NCBI GenBank assembly: GCA_032718475.1
Contig: JAUCBJ010005760.1
Span: 20,450 to 84,449 of the forward strand
Length of the DNA stretch: 64,000 nucleotides
Direction of reading: 5' to 3'
From: Nemertoderma westbladi
Lineage: Eukaryota > Animalia > Xenacoelomorpha
Numbering within the stretch: position 1 is the stretch's first letter; every line of letters starts with the position of its first letter. The notes under the pieces were generated by a model that saw only the letters and a list, made by a program, of their open reading frames with translations, searched no databases and had not been told where the DNA came from. Both the position numbers and the translations under genes were made by a program. Below are positions 35,601 through 47,720 of this stretch, piece by piece.

Positions 35601-37312
35601 CAGTCCCTCCATCGCTCAGCTAACTTTTCTGGGATGGGATCGTCCCATTCCAGTCCGGCTTGCCAAATGCTGCAGAGTATGATCCTAGCATGTAGGATCA
35701 CTGGACTAATGAAACACAATGGGTCATACAATAGACTCATGGTCGATAAGCAAGTCCTCTTAGTGAGAGGTCTAGTCTGGTCGTTGGACCTTACACGTAC
35801 CCTAAAATTGTCGGTGTTAGGGTCCCAACTAAGTCCTAATACTTTGGTCGTCGGCAGAGGTTCTAGGTCTAAGTCTAAGTCACCTCCGCTGCGATCCGTC
35901 GGGTCAAATGAGTTCACCAGTTCGGGTTCGTTGGAAGCGAACTTCGTCAGGTGGAATCCGCCCTCAGCGAGACAATCCTGGAGTTGGTGTGCTACGGTTG
36001 TAGCGTGCTCCAAGGTGTCACAACTCTTGAGGCTGTCATCCATGTAGAAATTTCGTTCCACTGTCCAAACTACTTCTGGGTCAAATTGGTCTCGTCTGTC
36101 CAATGCGGTCTGCTTTAAGGCGTACATGGTGCAGTTGGGGCTGTCCCTGGCTCCAAAGACTCTTACCTGCATTTGGTAAGTTTCTGGCGGAAGTTCTAAG
36201 TATCCGTCCGGATACCAAAGAAACCTCAAGCTGTCCCTGTCCCGCACCAAAGCCTTAACCTGGTGAAACATGGCCTCTACGTCACAGGTGAAAGCCACTT
36301 TGCGTTGTCTAAAACGCATTAGGACTCCCATGAGGTAATTGTTCATATTCGGCCCGTCCATCAGTTCGCTGTTCATAGACATCCCTTGGTAAAGCGAGGC
36401 GCAGTCGTTGACTACACGCACCTTGCCAGGTTTGTCCGGGTGTCGAACAAAATGATGTGGAAGGTAATATGTCTGGTCTGTGGTTACCTCGGGATTTAAC
36501 ATCCTAATGGCGTATCCCTTTTGGAGATACGTCTGAAGTTGTGCATTGTATTGCATATGGGCCGTCTCGTCTCGCAACAATCGCTGCATTATTGATTTGA
36601 GTCGCCTCAAAGCAAGCGGGTAATTGTTAACGAGTTTAGGTTGTCCATTGCGCCACAACATACTAACCTCATAGTGGCCATTCGCGGTCTGGCGAATGGT
36701 ATCTCTCATAATATTTAATGACCGTTTTTCCTGTTCTGACATAGCGGTCTCGTAACTACCGGGTTCTGCTGAGTCCTGTTCCAACCATTGAATGGTCCGT
36801 TCAGTCAGCAGTCGGTCAAGCGCTGCTTGCACTGCGCCATGGTCCTTGTCCACGTCTTCGTTCGCTGCGGTGGCTAGTGTCAATGCGTCTGGTAGGCTCG
36901 CAAGCCTTCCGGTATCACTAGTCGGCGTCGAATCGTCGTGCGGCGGTTTGACAACTTCTTGATCTATCGGTAGGCTCGCAAGCCTTCCAAGATCAACGAC
37001 TGGTGTCGAAGCCTGGTGGGTGGGGTCAATGACCTTCGGATTTTTCGGTAGGCTCACAAGCCTTCCAAAATCCTCATTCATCGAGTCATCCACAGCAACA
37101 ACCCTTTGGTCTTCGGTAGTCAATACAACCTGGTTTACTGCAAGTAGTTGTAAGTCAGAGGTCGGTGTGGTCATGTCCAGATCAGTTACGTCAGTATCGG
37201 TGGCGTCTGCGTTAGCGATGCAAGTCTGTCGTAGTGCCGTCCGTACAATTGGACCACGGGAGTGTGAAGGAGAGTTATCTATCGTAGTAGTCAATAAACT
37301 ACACGTACTCAA
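32624..37312 (-). CDS. pol: BEL/Pao pol (RT, RNase H, integrase) of element 2
   Basis: 1562-aa ORF: YLPHH..KVRVV, FYMDD, LSDAS, PRGEL, YWTDA, NPADIASRG, H...CMIC, DCFGP, CDQG, WERL. Separated from gag-PR by a TAG at 37367-37369 where the conserved TPxGW Trp is expected. Confidence 0.95.
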   Translation of the reverse strand: MSTCSLLTTTIDNSPSHSRGPIVRTALRQTCIANADATDTDVTDLDMTTPTSDLQLLAVNQVVLTTEDQRVVAVDDSMNEDFGRLVSLPKNPKVIDPTHQASTPVVDLGRLASLPIDQEVVKPPHDDSTPTSDTGRLASLPDALTLATAANEDVDKDHGAVQAALDRLLTERTIQWLEQDSAEPGSYETAMSEQEKRSLNIMRDTIRQTANGHYEVSMLWRNGQPKLVNNYPLALRRLKSIMQRLLRDETAHMQYNAQLQTYLQKGYAIRMLNPEVTTDQTYYLPHHFVRHPDKPGKVRVVNDCASLYQGMSMNSELMDGPNMNNYLMGVLMRFRQRKVAFTCDVEAMFHQVKALVRDRDSLRFLWYPDGYLELPPETYQMQVRVFGARDSPNCTMYALKQTALDRRDQFDPEVVWTVERNFYMDDSLKSCDTLEHATTVAHQLQDCLAEGGFHLTKFASNEPELVNSFDPTDRSGGDLDLDLEPLPTTKVLGLSWDPNTDNFRVRVRSNDQTRPLTKRTCLSTMSLLYDPLCFISPVILHARIILCSIWQAGLEWDDPIPEKLAERWRDWEAQLTLLQDYTIPRVYFPLQTTFPADLELHSLSDASKDGLGVTLYLRRQVTSDSYEVSLVTSRARTMPLKYMTVPRGELQAGTISTDIVSLVQRKLEANLKVTYWTDATLVLWYINNKAFEFKTFVANRRAEILDRSLKQDWRHCPGKLNPADIASRGMQPLDFCKPDNKSFWFRGPDFLQRPSDEWPPLFNATTNTIPEGAEIKLDKVVKSRAKANAKVKRKKGRTKSNDLDARPDITPDVSPDSRPDACTNPSPDVPREISPDVSPDCSPDYSPDYSPEATPDCSPDCSPDCLMELSTECLPDVSPDFPPDISTDCPPDFGPDFLTEVTPDRLWDRRQDISPDVPRYVSPDVSPDCSPDASPDCLLDTPLKDPLERTFRDLPNLTSLDDKGVATAITLRSKKVLDLPPTGKRVTKVRKLTGSQEHTDTVELKPLLLVDTLGADGKGKIVKIDVLGDSDKPTGRPVGLSSPDKYPHYDYTLPDDVTNTYVDRIVNLTRSWTDACRKLAWLKRLRQYARGKRDFPRRLTLREVGHCEVDIIRHYQLRYFAREFTAINQGKQIKSSPILSWSPIIYRGLLCHKSRLQNIDFALDFRYPIIIPQHHELQRSMILDAHVQLKHVGRHHCLSHLRSRFVLIRPSKALSSVTRNCMICKKVHARIGHQEMSELPLARLQAFRPPFTETGIDCFGPIIAKRGRVQVKRWGLIFTCMASRAVHIERVTDLTTNAFILALRRFIARRGLVKSIYCDQGTNFVGARNEITRALRKLDQNQISEELRPHRIVWYFNTPDSPWRGGVWERLIGSIKTAMAKVVPTQHILTDDQLTTLLIEIEAILNTRPIALIPDNNDAQFALTPAHLLMQAPTTLLPISVPVDSDGYGNKAWKITQLLANKFWEIWQKYYLPSISTRTSWYLNTRCLRRGDHVLLAEANLKRRFWLTGVILTTHPTSGVVRTVTVRTIDGRTVDRPVQRLVLLEETRNETGDYKSPPNISK

Positions 37313-37366
37313 AACGTCGTCCTCCTGGTCACTTACCTCTAGTGAACGTATTGGTGCTCTAGTATA

Positions 37367-40300
37367 CTAACCTATGGGAGTTCTACATGCGTAGGGGTTG
37401 CCCGCTGTAATAACAGATGGGCGTGTCTCCCATACCTGATGTAAGTTAAACTGGTCTGTCCCAATTAACATCGCAATAGAACAATAATTAACAGGACATT
37501 CCGGTATTCCAAGGTGTCGGAAATACTTACGATCTTCCGGTGATTGCTCTGGCACAGGGCCGAGCAAGTTACTAAAGTCCTTCGTAGCTGCAAAGGTCAA
37601 ATTTCTTACCGGAAGAAATGAGCGCTCCTCCTTGCTGTGTTCCGCTTTGGAAAGAAGAGTGTCTAAAGTTAGTTTTACTCTTGTCACAGGGATCGCTCTC
37701 TTACCATGCATGCTGCTTACAGTATACTGAGCAGTCTTACCTTGACTCATGTCCGTAACCACATCGGCTACTTGTTCGTCGACATAGCTATGCGATGACG
37801 CAGAGTCTAAGATAGCGTATATACGCTTGCTCCCTCGGGTTCCAGTAATCTTTATAGGAATCACGCTAAACCCTTTCAATTGGTTCTGTGTGAGGAGCGT
37901 TACCGATGGTTGTTCCTCACCTGCATGCACGTAGAAAGTGTCGTCTTCCTCCTCGTCCTCGTCTGATGATCCTGACTGATCCATACAGTCTGTATAAAAG
38001 GTACAGATCTCGCGCGGCGCACGCTCCTTGTAAAGTGCGTCGCATCTAGCCGCTTTATCTGGATGCTCTCGTCGAAAGCGTCTGGTCGGAGTATGACTGG
38101 TGGTGTGGAGTAACGCGTCATGGTTACGTCCACACAGAGGACATGTATCGTCGCTCGGGCAATCCTTCCGGACGTGTCCTGGCTTCGTACATCTCCAGCA
38201 AGAATCTAAAGATCGGATTTGAAGTCTCCTCTCTTCGATTCCTAACTCTTTAAAAGCGCGACATCCACGAAGTTTATGTCCGCTATGGTTTCTGCCGTTC
38301 CGCTCGCAGTATGAGCATCCCAAAAAGTCCGCCGGCAACTGTTGTCGTGGCTGTGTGGTGCCGATAGGCGTCAGAACTTTAGAAGTCTCAGTAGGGGTGG
38401 CGTAGGTAACGGCTTTCGCTTTCGTCGGAAATGGTTTGGTCCGAGTCGGCGCAGAAATAGCTATCCCTTCCGCCGCGATATGGTGATCGGTATAGTTCGA
38501 TCGAGTCTCGATCACGGCCTCCCGTGAAATCAGTTGGTAGACGTCGGTGAGTTTTAAAAGCCCGCCGGCTTCTTCACGCTGGTACTCAATGCGTCGCCAT
38601 TCTCGTCGGAGTCGATGATGAAGTCGACCGATTATTCGAATGAGAACCGTCGGTGCGTTAGCGTACTCGAGTTGTCCAATGGACCGTAAAGTCCCTATAG
38701 CGTTCTTGATTTCGTCCGCGAGTCGTTAAAGATCGATCGGTTTCGAAATGCTGCCTCCTCTGCAGAGGTCTTCGATAATGGATTTAGCCATGGCGACGTT
38801 ACCTCCGTAAATCGAATATAAACGGTCGTACGCCAACTCAAAGGCATCGGGAACACCAATAAAGGTTTCCGCTAATCGTTTCGGCTCACCAGACAGGACT
38901 AGGAGCAAGTAATTAAACTTCTCCGTCGAGGTGAAAGCACACTTAGCGATCTGGGACTCTACGTAGTCTACCAGTGTGCGCCAGTGTTTCGCGTTGCCAG
39001 AGAACTTCGGCAGTTGCTGTGCCGGTAATCCGTGTCTAGCCGCGAATTTTGCAATCTCGCTAACCAAATCCAACTGTCCGCGTCCCTGTTCGGTGGCGTC
39101 GTCCAGTCGTTCCCTTCCGTGTGTTGTTCGTCGGTAGGAATTATTAACGGGATCTTCTTCTCGATGGGTCGGAGTCTGTCTAGTCTCCTGTTCTCTCCTC
39201 GGTGGTCGATGTTGTCCAGGTTGTTCTAACTCCACGCTGGTTCGTGATCGATCCGACGGTTGCGCTTCGAGTCGTTCTTAGATTTGAGCTAGTCGGTCCG
39301 CCATCTCGGTGAACTGTTTGGCGTTAATCGCTTCCGCTGGTTGCAACGTGGGTTTCTGCAAAGGTGTTTCTCGTGGTGGATTGTCGATGTATGGGTTTGT
39401 TGATCGTTCCTCCCATTTGTAATCCGCTGCCGCTGCCGCTCCAGTACGGAATATTTCCTGTTCCGTCGACTCCGAGTCACTGGATCACTGGATGTCATCC
39501 GGATAAGGTGGTTGGCGGGTTCGCGTACGGCGTATTACTCTTGGTCGAGTTCATTGTGGTCTGGGATCTACGGCTCTCCGTTGTTCGGTAGGCTCGCAAG
39601 CCTTCCACGAAGTCGTAGGTCTCGTTGAACTCGGTTCGATCCTGTGGGTATTACCCACATCCATCGTCCTTCGTTGTTCGGCAGGCTCGCAAGCCTTCCA
39701 CGAAGTCGTAGGTCTCGATAAACATTGGGTGAGAGGTCTAGTAAAAACATCGGAGTTAAGTGCTACTGTAGGTTTATAAATGACTGGGTTCGCGCAGCAC
39801 GTTACAGGTTTAACTTGTAATGGTTTACTCACCTGTTTTACCGTCATAAACGCAGGTTCGTCTCTCTCTACAAGTAAACTACGGCTTACAGTAGGTGGAC
39901 TACTTATCTTACCTGCGAGAATCGGCGATGAAGTCGCTCGTGGCTGCGGAATTGATTCCGACATAACAAACCTTTACCTTGCACGGGTGATATTTCCTTC
40001 GGTTTTGCAACCATAACCGGTTTTACTGGAGTCGTGGGTTTGAGCATAGGAATAACTTGGGGAAAACATTTACAGTAATCCTCGACGAACTCCTCTCCTC
40101 GGTCTATCGCTCCCACACTTCCTTCCTCGATTCGCTTCTGAATTCCGCGATATCGAGTCTCCATGCGATCCAGGGCAGACAAGTCGTGTCCAGCTCGAGA
40201 CCTTATAGATCTATCTCTCGCGTCAAGTTCGAGGTCCTCTTGCGCGTTCGCCGCCTCGCGCGATCTGCGATTTAGTTCGAACTGTAGTTGCATCTCCCTT

Positions 40301-41586
40301 TCGCGTTGATCTGCTTCCTGTTGTTGTACCGCTAACTCCGCTTCATGTATAGCTAGACGAGCGTTTATTTGTCGCGCCTCCAACTTGGCACGAGCGTCGG
40401 ATGCTGCTTTCTTCCGTGCTAACTCAGCTGCGTTTACCGCCGCAACTCGTGCTAGCTCGTCAGCCACCGCCTGTCGTGCTAACTCGTCGGCTGCTGCCTG
40501 CCGTGCTAACTCGTCGGCTGCCGCCTGTCGTGCTAACTCGTCGGCTGCTGCCGCCACGGCCGCTTCTCGCGCTAAGTCCTCCTCCAGTCTCCGCATCTCT
40601 GATGCTTCGAACTCAGCCTGTGCTTGAAGTTTCGCAAGTTTCGCTACATCATCTCTGCGCTGTTTTTCTCCTTTGATGGCGATCTGTGCCATCTGTAGTT
40701 GCGCTTCTTCCTCGGCGACTTGTTGTCGGCGTGCGACCTCCTGTTGTTGTCGAATAATTACAGACGCTGTTCTACTAACGTCGCCAACGTCGCCAACGTC
40801 GCTCCGTACACTAACGAACGATCTATCCAGTGGTGGAATTTGGTAGGCTCACGAGCCTTCCGTAGATAGAACTTCCGTCGTCCTTCTCGGTACAACTTCC
40901 GGTTCTTCGATCGGTACTCCGCATCTACGAAGAAAATTGGTGAGCGTCCCTAACCTCCCGTCCAGGCAGTATAGTTCTTCTTCCTCTTCGGGTTGTAACA
41001 ACGCGTCCGAAACTGACTCACCTAACAGTTGGTCGAGTTGTTCTTGCTGAGTCGATCCTACAACTGACTTAAACTGAATGAGGCTTTCCCTCGCACTTAC
41101 CAACTTGTCTATTATCTTTACCTGAGTAAAGTTGTCGCCACGCAACTCTGCGAGTTCGTGTAAACCTTTAAGTTTATCTACGGAGGCATGTACCCTACTT
41201 TCTATTCTTACCTGTAAGGTGTAGAACTCGTATCTCGACATCGGGGCGGTTAACTCGCGTAAAACGCGAAAACCTTCTCCGAGGTTCCGAGTAATCTGGG
41301 CCATGTGTCCTCCTATACTCCTAATAACATTCTCCTGGCTTCCAGTCGAACTTACCATGTCCGGTTCCCGCGATCTGGTCTGCGGGACGGTAAGGAAATC
41401 TTCGATTCTGCCATCGCCACGCGTTGCGGCTTCCGGTATTTCTGTTTGGGGTACCGGCGACGCACGCGGTGTGACATCGGTGGAATCTCGGGTTCTCCTT
41501 CTCGGTTTGTCTACTGTCGATCTGTCCGGGTTGCACGAGTCATAGTCGGTAGGTGGGTATCGAGTCGAATGGGGTGTGTCACTCAT
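37367..41586 (-). pseudogene. Disrupted gag-protease of element 2
   Basis: Fragments: Ala/Glu coiled coil (ELARQAAAD repeats), DUF1759-like LPKFSGN...YDRLYSIYG, three Cys/His knuckles (CSYC..HKLRGC, CWRCTKPGHVRKDC, CPLCGRNHDALLH), protease AILDSAS. In-frame stops at 40849, 38726 and 37367 plus a frameshift near 39950. Confidence 0.9.
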
Positions 41587-44565
41587 GTCTTATTATATAC
41601 GTCAAGTACGGGTAATAAAATGTCAAAGTATCAGAATGTCGAAATATCAAACTTACCTTGGTATATATAGTATATATATACCCTAACCGGTACAAATAAA
41701 TCAGCAAAGTCAGAATGTCGAAATGTCAAAATGACGAAATGTCCAAATGTCAAACTTACCTTGATATATATATATATCATATATATACCCTAACCGGTAC
41801 AAATAAAACTAGCAAAGTATATAATAAAATAAGTAATAATCTAGCCTACCGGCTAAATTTGTACGAATAAATGAGATAACGGTATACGTTACCAAAATGT
41901 AGATCAACAAGTACAAATAATAGGCAAAACAGCAACGTCTAACGGGAAAATAAGTACCAACAACACTACTAATAGACAGTGAAACCCACAAATTTTGAGT
42001 ACTACTGTGCTTTCTTAAGTTTGAATGACACGAGTCGTAAAACTTACGCTCCTTTGATCTTCCAGTCGTGCAAATTCCCAAATACAAACCGGACGTGGGT
42101 CATTCCGTTTTTCGGCGGCGCGGACGAATTTATTGTCTCCCAAACTTTGCGAAAAGCGGTCTAATCCTCGAAGCGGTCCAGAAATGAGTCCTTGAGTCCT
42201 GAAAAGTCGAAGGTGAGAGTTTTACTTCTACGCTACGAAAATCTTCCTAGGTACCGATACAACTTGGTCTTTAAACCCTATGTACCTTTTCAAGTACCGA
42301 AAAGTAACACCGCACACACACGGCGTAAAACAAAATGCTACAAACTAACTATTAGCTAGTCAAATATTAAATACGAAAGTACTAGCTACCCTAAAAGCCT
42401 ACTGAAGCAGGGGACGTTCTACAAATTACTAAATTTACTAACCTTAATTTTTAAATATCTCCTACTTACAATAGCTAACAGTATGTGAGAGACCTCACGG
42501 TTAGGATATATGTTTCCTTCTTTCGTAAGAATAAATATACCTCACTGTTGTGTCCTCTACGGTAGGGACTACCCTACAGCCTACAAATCTACTAATACGA
42601 AGCTATAGAATATCTCTATCCGTAAAGTCCAGTAGCATACCACTTACCAGATCCTAGTAACGATGTATCTTACTATGAGACTCTAGTAATGAAACGGGCT
42701 CGTACAGTATCTGACAACAAACCCCAGTCCAGGATATCTAAACAAACAGATACAATACACAAACTACTACTGGCGAGGAGCAGAGCCTGGTGTCTATTCT
42801 ATGTACGTGGGCGGGTCTAATGCCTACGAACTAGACAAAAGGATACCTGTCCTCTAACCGGTATGGCAGATGTACAGTTACCGTAACAGACCAAACTCAC
42901 GGGAAAACAATCCCCGCGCAGCGAATCCTAACTATCGCTGACAGTCCTAAATACAGTAACTTGCCGCGGTGTGATTTATATGGTTTATATACGAGCTAGG
43001 TGGGTTACAGCCCTAGCGTAACAATGCTGATCTCCCTGTCTGAATCAGCCTAAAAGAGGTCGTGCCTAAGTGTAACAATAACTGATCTCAGTCCTTAATC
43101 AGTCTAAAGGGGGTCGTGCCTAATGTAACAATACTGTTGAGCAGAAAACAACAGTTTAATAACGAAATGAAATACTCCTTCTTGCCGTAACTAAATATCA
43201 GATCCTAATTTACAAATACAGATAAATTCTGCCTAAAGTAATATAAAGTGCGCTATAACTAGTAGAAATCTAAGGGTAAATATGTTTTAGGGCGTGTGTG
43301 TGTGGGTGTGTTACAATAAAAAACAATTTTGGTGTATATCTTTTCACTAGGTTTTAGTGATTTTCTGACTGAAATGATACCGTGCGCTAGCTACTAAAAT
43401 AAACTAGTCGCGTTTTGTAGAACTTTATACTCATAAATGACGTCAAAGCTCTCTCCTTCTTATCCACAACTCAAATGGGCAACCACGGTGTTAGTAACTA
43501 CACCCGTGATCGGCACAAATACCAGATTCTGGTTGTAAGATAAGAAATAGGGGTTAATCGCTACCGTACGTTAGCTGATCTGGTATACAAATTTGATTCT
43601 AGAACTTTGTTGCCGCGGTAGTTAGCAGCAATACCTATCAGTACGTGGCAAGGCGCGGTAGGATATTAATAAAAACCTCCCTAGGCCAAGCGGTGTGCCG
43701 GTAGCAGAAATGCTCCTTGCCTGATCAAATAACCAACTTCAGGCAGGGGGGGGGGTGTACTAATGTATGCTCTACAGAGCGAACCGGTACCAAACAGTCA
43801 GTACTACAAATCACTAAATTATGGAACGTATGCTGTCCGTACCTAATATGTACTTGCGTACTGACGAACGGCAATAGCTCGCAATACCTGTGAGGTATAC
43901 AGGTAACCCAGGGGTTTGCAGGACTGACAAAGGGGGTTCTGCCTAAAATATAGTTATTTGATCCTAAATTTGCGGCGTCCCAGGACGACGTCACGCTTAC
44001 CCTGATCTATAGGTCTTACGGCGGGCAAGGGCGTCAAACAAAGTCTTACCTTCCTCATAAGGCATGCGTTGCATGGCAAGTGGAGCACTTCGAAGGGCGA
44101 AGGGGGTGCGCGGTATAATCTAATGTGGGCGCTTAGCATGTTGTGGACATCTTTCCCTGCGTTGCTGACGGCCTAACGGTCTAGGCTGCCATCTTCCCGA
44201 TGTTTGGCTGTCCCAAAGTTGGACCAAAAGAAAACATGTTCAGGAGTTTGCAGTGTATTTACAGTTTAGCAAAGATTTGTCAAACAGAATTACAAATAGT
44301 TTCAACAAGAAACAAATAACTAAGAAGTAAGTCAAGTGGATACTAATAGTGAAGAGTGATAACCGAAGGCAAACCAGCCCTTTATATACTAAATCTGGGA
44401 CATAGAATCCACTAGAATCTTCTAGAGTATTCTACGGCCTCACATTGGAGCAATAAGATATTCCATGCCCTACGATTGGCCCAACTCATCGTTCGATACG
44501 TTGTACGCACCTCATTGGCTTACCAATTTGTACCAAATGAAAATAAATGGCCCCAAAATACAAAT

Positions 44566-44636
44566 TTCCCGACCAAGATTTGAACTCGTAACCTATGTAA
44601 TGCAACCAACGCCTTAACCATCTGACCACTACGCCA
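44566..44636 (-). mobile_element. tRNA-like SINE head or tRNA pseudogene
   Basis: Minus strand reads GGCGTAGTGGTCAGATGGTTAAGGCG...CGAGTTCAAATCTTGG: A-box and B-box at tRNA-like spacing, acceptor stem not intact. Confidence 0.5.
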
Positions 44637-44849
44637 CAAGAGTAACTAGGGGTTTTATGTATACAAATATGAATAGGCATATTACATTACTGTAACTTAA
44701 TCAAAGTGCGTCGGATTTTCGAAAGTTTTTACGTTAAAGTTAAACTACAAATGCTATCTTATAGTGAAATAATTCATCACATATAGCAACTCATTAGCAC
44801 TTACCTCGCAAGTTGTTAATTAGATATCTGGTCGGAAAAGTTGTACTAA

Positions 44850-45150
44850 GGGGCGCCTAAAATCTGATACTCCCGAAGAACGTGTTGGAAAATGGAAAGA
44901 TAACTTCTACAACCTGCTTGGGCAGCCACCAAACATCGAGATTAGCCCTACTTGGAAAATATTTGACAAGTCCATACATAAAAGAAACAGGGGACGTCAC
45001 ACCCTCCGAACTTCAGCGAATAACAGCATGTCCAACATAGAGCGGGTGGATTAGGTAAAATTCCTTGGATGTTTGCAACATGATGTTGAAAGGGGAAAAG
45101 CCACCACCAATTTGGACTAAACCAACTATCCACTCTCCCCAACCAAAGTG
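44850..45150 (+). mobile_element. Degraded RTE-like LINE fragment
   Basis: Translates to KSDTPEERVGKWKDNFYNLLGQPP and LDVCNMMLKGEKPPPIWTK, paralleling the pre-RT region of the LINE at 21.5 kb (KAESPADRL..WKAHFEKLL). Confidence 0.55.
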
Positions 45151-46357
45151 GTACACAGAAGACCTCGGTGTACCACGTACTCACTGTTATGGTGTCATTA
45201 TGGTTGCTGCCAAAGGAACCACACGGACTGCAACCTGCAAGTTGCAACCACTGGACTCGGTAGAAACGAAATTGCGGCAACTCATCGGAAAGCTTGGAAG
45301 GATATAATTTCCACTGCTCGACATACCACTAGTAAGTAGGCTACATATACAAAGATGAGGATGCCACCCAAAGTGATTTTTTGCCTTATATTAATTTTCC
45401 ATATCCGGAATATTTCCTAACCGAATCACAACCATCTATACATTTCTCTCATTCTCTCGCTTCACTCTCTCTGTTTGCTCCTGGAATTGGGAAAATATTT
45501 TTTTTAATAGAACAATGCCTTAATGTAAATATTGAGCCATACCAAATAGTTAATAGTTTCCGCTAATGGTATTTATCGTTACAATCAATAACAATTAAAT
45601 AATTAACATGACGTGAAACTGACGTTTGAGATATTCTATTTGTGCCCGAATTCATACAATATTTTTTTGGTCACAAAAATACATGTTGTTTTTAGGTCAC
45701 TTTACTCATTAATTTCTTCAAAAAAATCTGCAATTTCTAAAGAAGTGAATAATATGTGTTAATTTGAAGAAATGCGACTGCTAGCTACGTGATTAAGGTG
45801 CAATGGCCGCGACAAAAACAAACTGGTGCAAAATATCTTAAATACCAGATGGGAAACCATTTGTACACAGGTCGCCCTTCTAAGAAAATGTTAATTCCAA
45901 TAAAACAATTTTATTGTGCCGCGGTAAACATATATTTATCTCATGCCATTGGCTACATTTTAGCCTTCTATTTCCCAGTCTTAGTGTTCGTAATTGGGAA
46001 CATTTCTTAAAATTCAACTGAAGGAAATTTAATTTAGGCTTTTATTTATTTTTTTAATGTAAATAGAAAGTGGCGACGCGATGGTGTTCAGTAAAACTGA
46101 ACTGTCACAGACGGTGACGCAGTTTGCTTCCGTTGACCAGTGGATTAACGATTTATCACATCACATCCATACATGCAGGAGATAACTACCAATAAACTTT
46201 AATTAGATTTAAATGTATAATTAATACTGTGTACATGTTAATAAATTTAACTTATATTCGATATAGTACATGATCAAAATGTTTAAATTAGCATCCATAA
46301 AATCCTTTCTTCACAAACCGAACGCTGATAAGTTGACATAATGTAACAAAATTACAT

Positions 46358-46496
46358 ACATCATTGTGTGCAAAGGTTACTTTACAGCGTTAAAGACCCT
46401 TGTTTATTTATGTAAACCTCCCTCGTTGCGCTCGTTCGGTACATATATAAACTCAGGTCACAACGCTGCAAAGTGCTACTTTGCACACAATGATGT
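46358..46496. mobile_element. Small MITE-like element
   Basis: 18-bp perfect TIR ACATCATTGTGTGCAAAG / CTTTGCACACAATGATGT with further imperfect internal pairing; TSD unclear. Confidence 0.7.
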
Positions 46497-47489
46497 TAAT
46501 GGTTATTAGTTAAAATCTTTATGATTTGACAAATTAGGCTTTTCCTTCCCCTATGTCAGAAGTCAGAATATTACATAAAGTCCGTTTATTACTGTAGCAT
46601 GAAATTGAAGTCCGGATCAATTCTTTGCCGCTGTTTATAATATGAGTTTGTCAATTCTACTTATTCGTGTTTTTGCTTCAAAGTCCAAAATTTGGCTTTA
46701 ACTTCATTAGGTGAATTTGAACGATTTTGGAATTAAAATTCCGTCCGTGACGGAAAAATTATCAAAAGTTTTTTTTAATTCATCGTTGTTTTCTTTCTCT
46801 GTACTGTTGGTAAATTCTAATTTCTGGTATTTATTTAGCGTAGGAAAAAATTAGGAAAAAATTATTAAATATATTACAACCCTTTAAACTTACTACTTGT
46901 TCACTGAATTACATTTTTTAACATTTTATTTCGTATTTTGGACACCACTAGATGTCCTTAACCAATGCCTATCTTTAAGTTCTGATCTCCTAATCATACA
47001 TCTGGCATCTGTTTGTTCTGCGACAGCTACACTATTTAGGACAACCTAGGTATTTTGTTGTGTTGTGACATCAGACTGGATGACATTCAGTCTGTACAAG
47101 TACTCATACTGTCTCACCACGATTTTTTCTTCGTTGCAACAGCTAGCAAGGTTGTCTGGTCATTTTCCGTCTGTGACGATATTAACATTCGTTATAAACA
47201 CGTGTTCCAAATCTAAAGTCATTTATTTCATTAAGAAATGAACGAGTAGTACCAGAAAGGCGAAAAAGGCCCTTTTGGCCATAGTAATGGCCAAAAGGGC
47301 CCTTTTGGCCATAGTAATTGCCATTTTTGAAAAAATATGTTGGTTTTCATTTTTTATCGTTAAGTACATTCTTAGGCACAAATGAGTAAATATTGAGCCA
47401 CTTAATAGAAAAAATGCGATGTTACAGACCAAAAAAACTGAAAAACGAAATGTATTATTCGAATATTTATTTCGAAATTTCGATAAATT

Positions 47490-47720
47490 CATGGCATGCT
47501 ATATAGAGATCTCTATATAGCATTCCATGATTAATTCGATTAATAACTTTCGTTTTTCTAACTAAATAACCGAAATAATAATTTTTAAATTATTATATCT
47601 TCTTTGTGCAAACTGGCTATGCAATGTGTACATTTGGAGTGATACTGTAAATATGATTTTGTTCCGTCCGTAACGTTCCGTCCGTGACGCTGGACAGCTG
47701 TTACTCAAACTAACCTAAAA
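47490..47720. mobile_element. Possible Helentron/DINE-1-like (HINE) element end
   Basis: Perfect palindrome ATGCTATATAGAGATCTCTATATAGCAT (~47496-47523) followed by CCGTCCGT repeats at ~47664-47687; boundaries not defined. Confidence 0.35.

Larger units (their letters stand above)
30730..42697 (-). mobile_element. BEL/Pao LTR retrotransposon (element 2), decayed; right boundary uncertain
   Basis: Minus-strand gag-pol with BEL motifs. 152-bp direct repeat starting TGTTGTGTCC at 30730-30881 and 42546-42697 (LTR U5 ends). The 5' LTR probably extends further right; no TSD pair confirmed. Confidence 0.92.
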
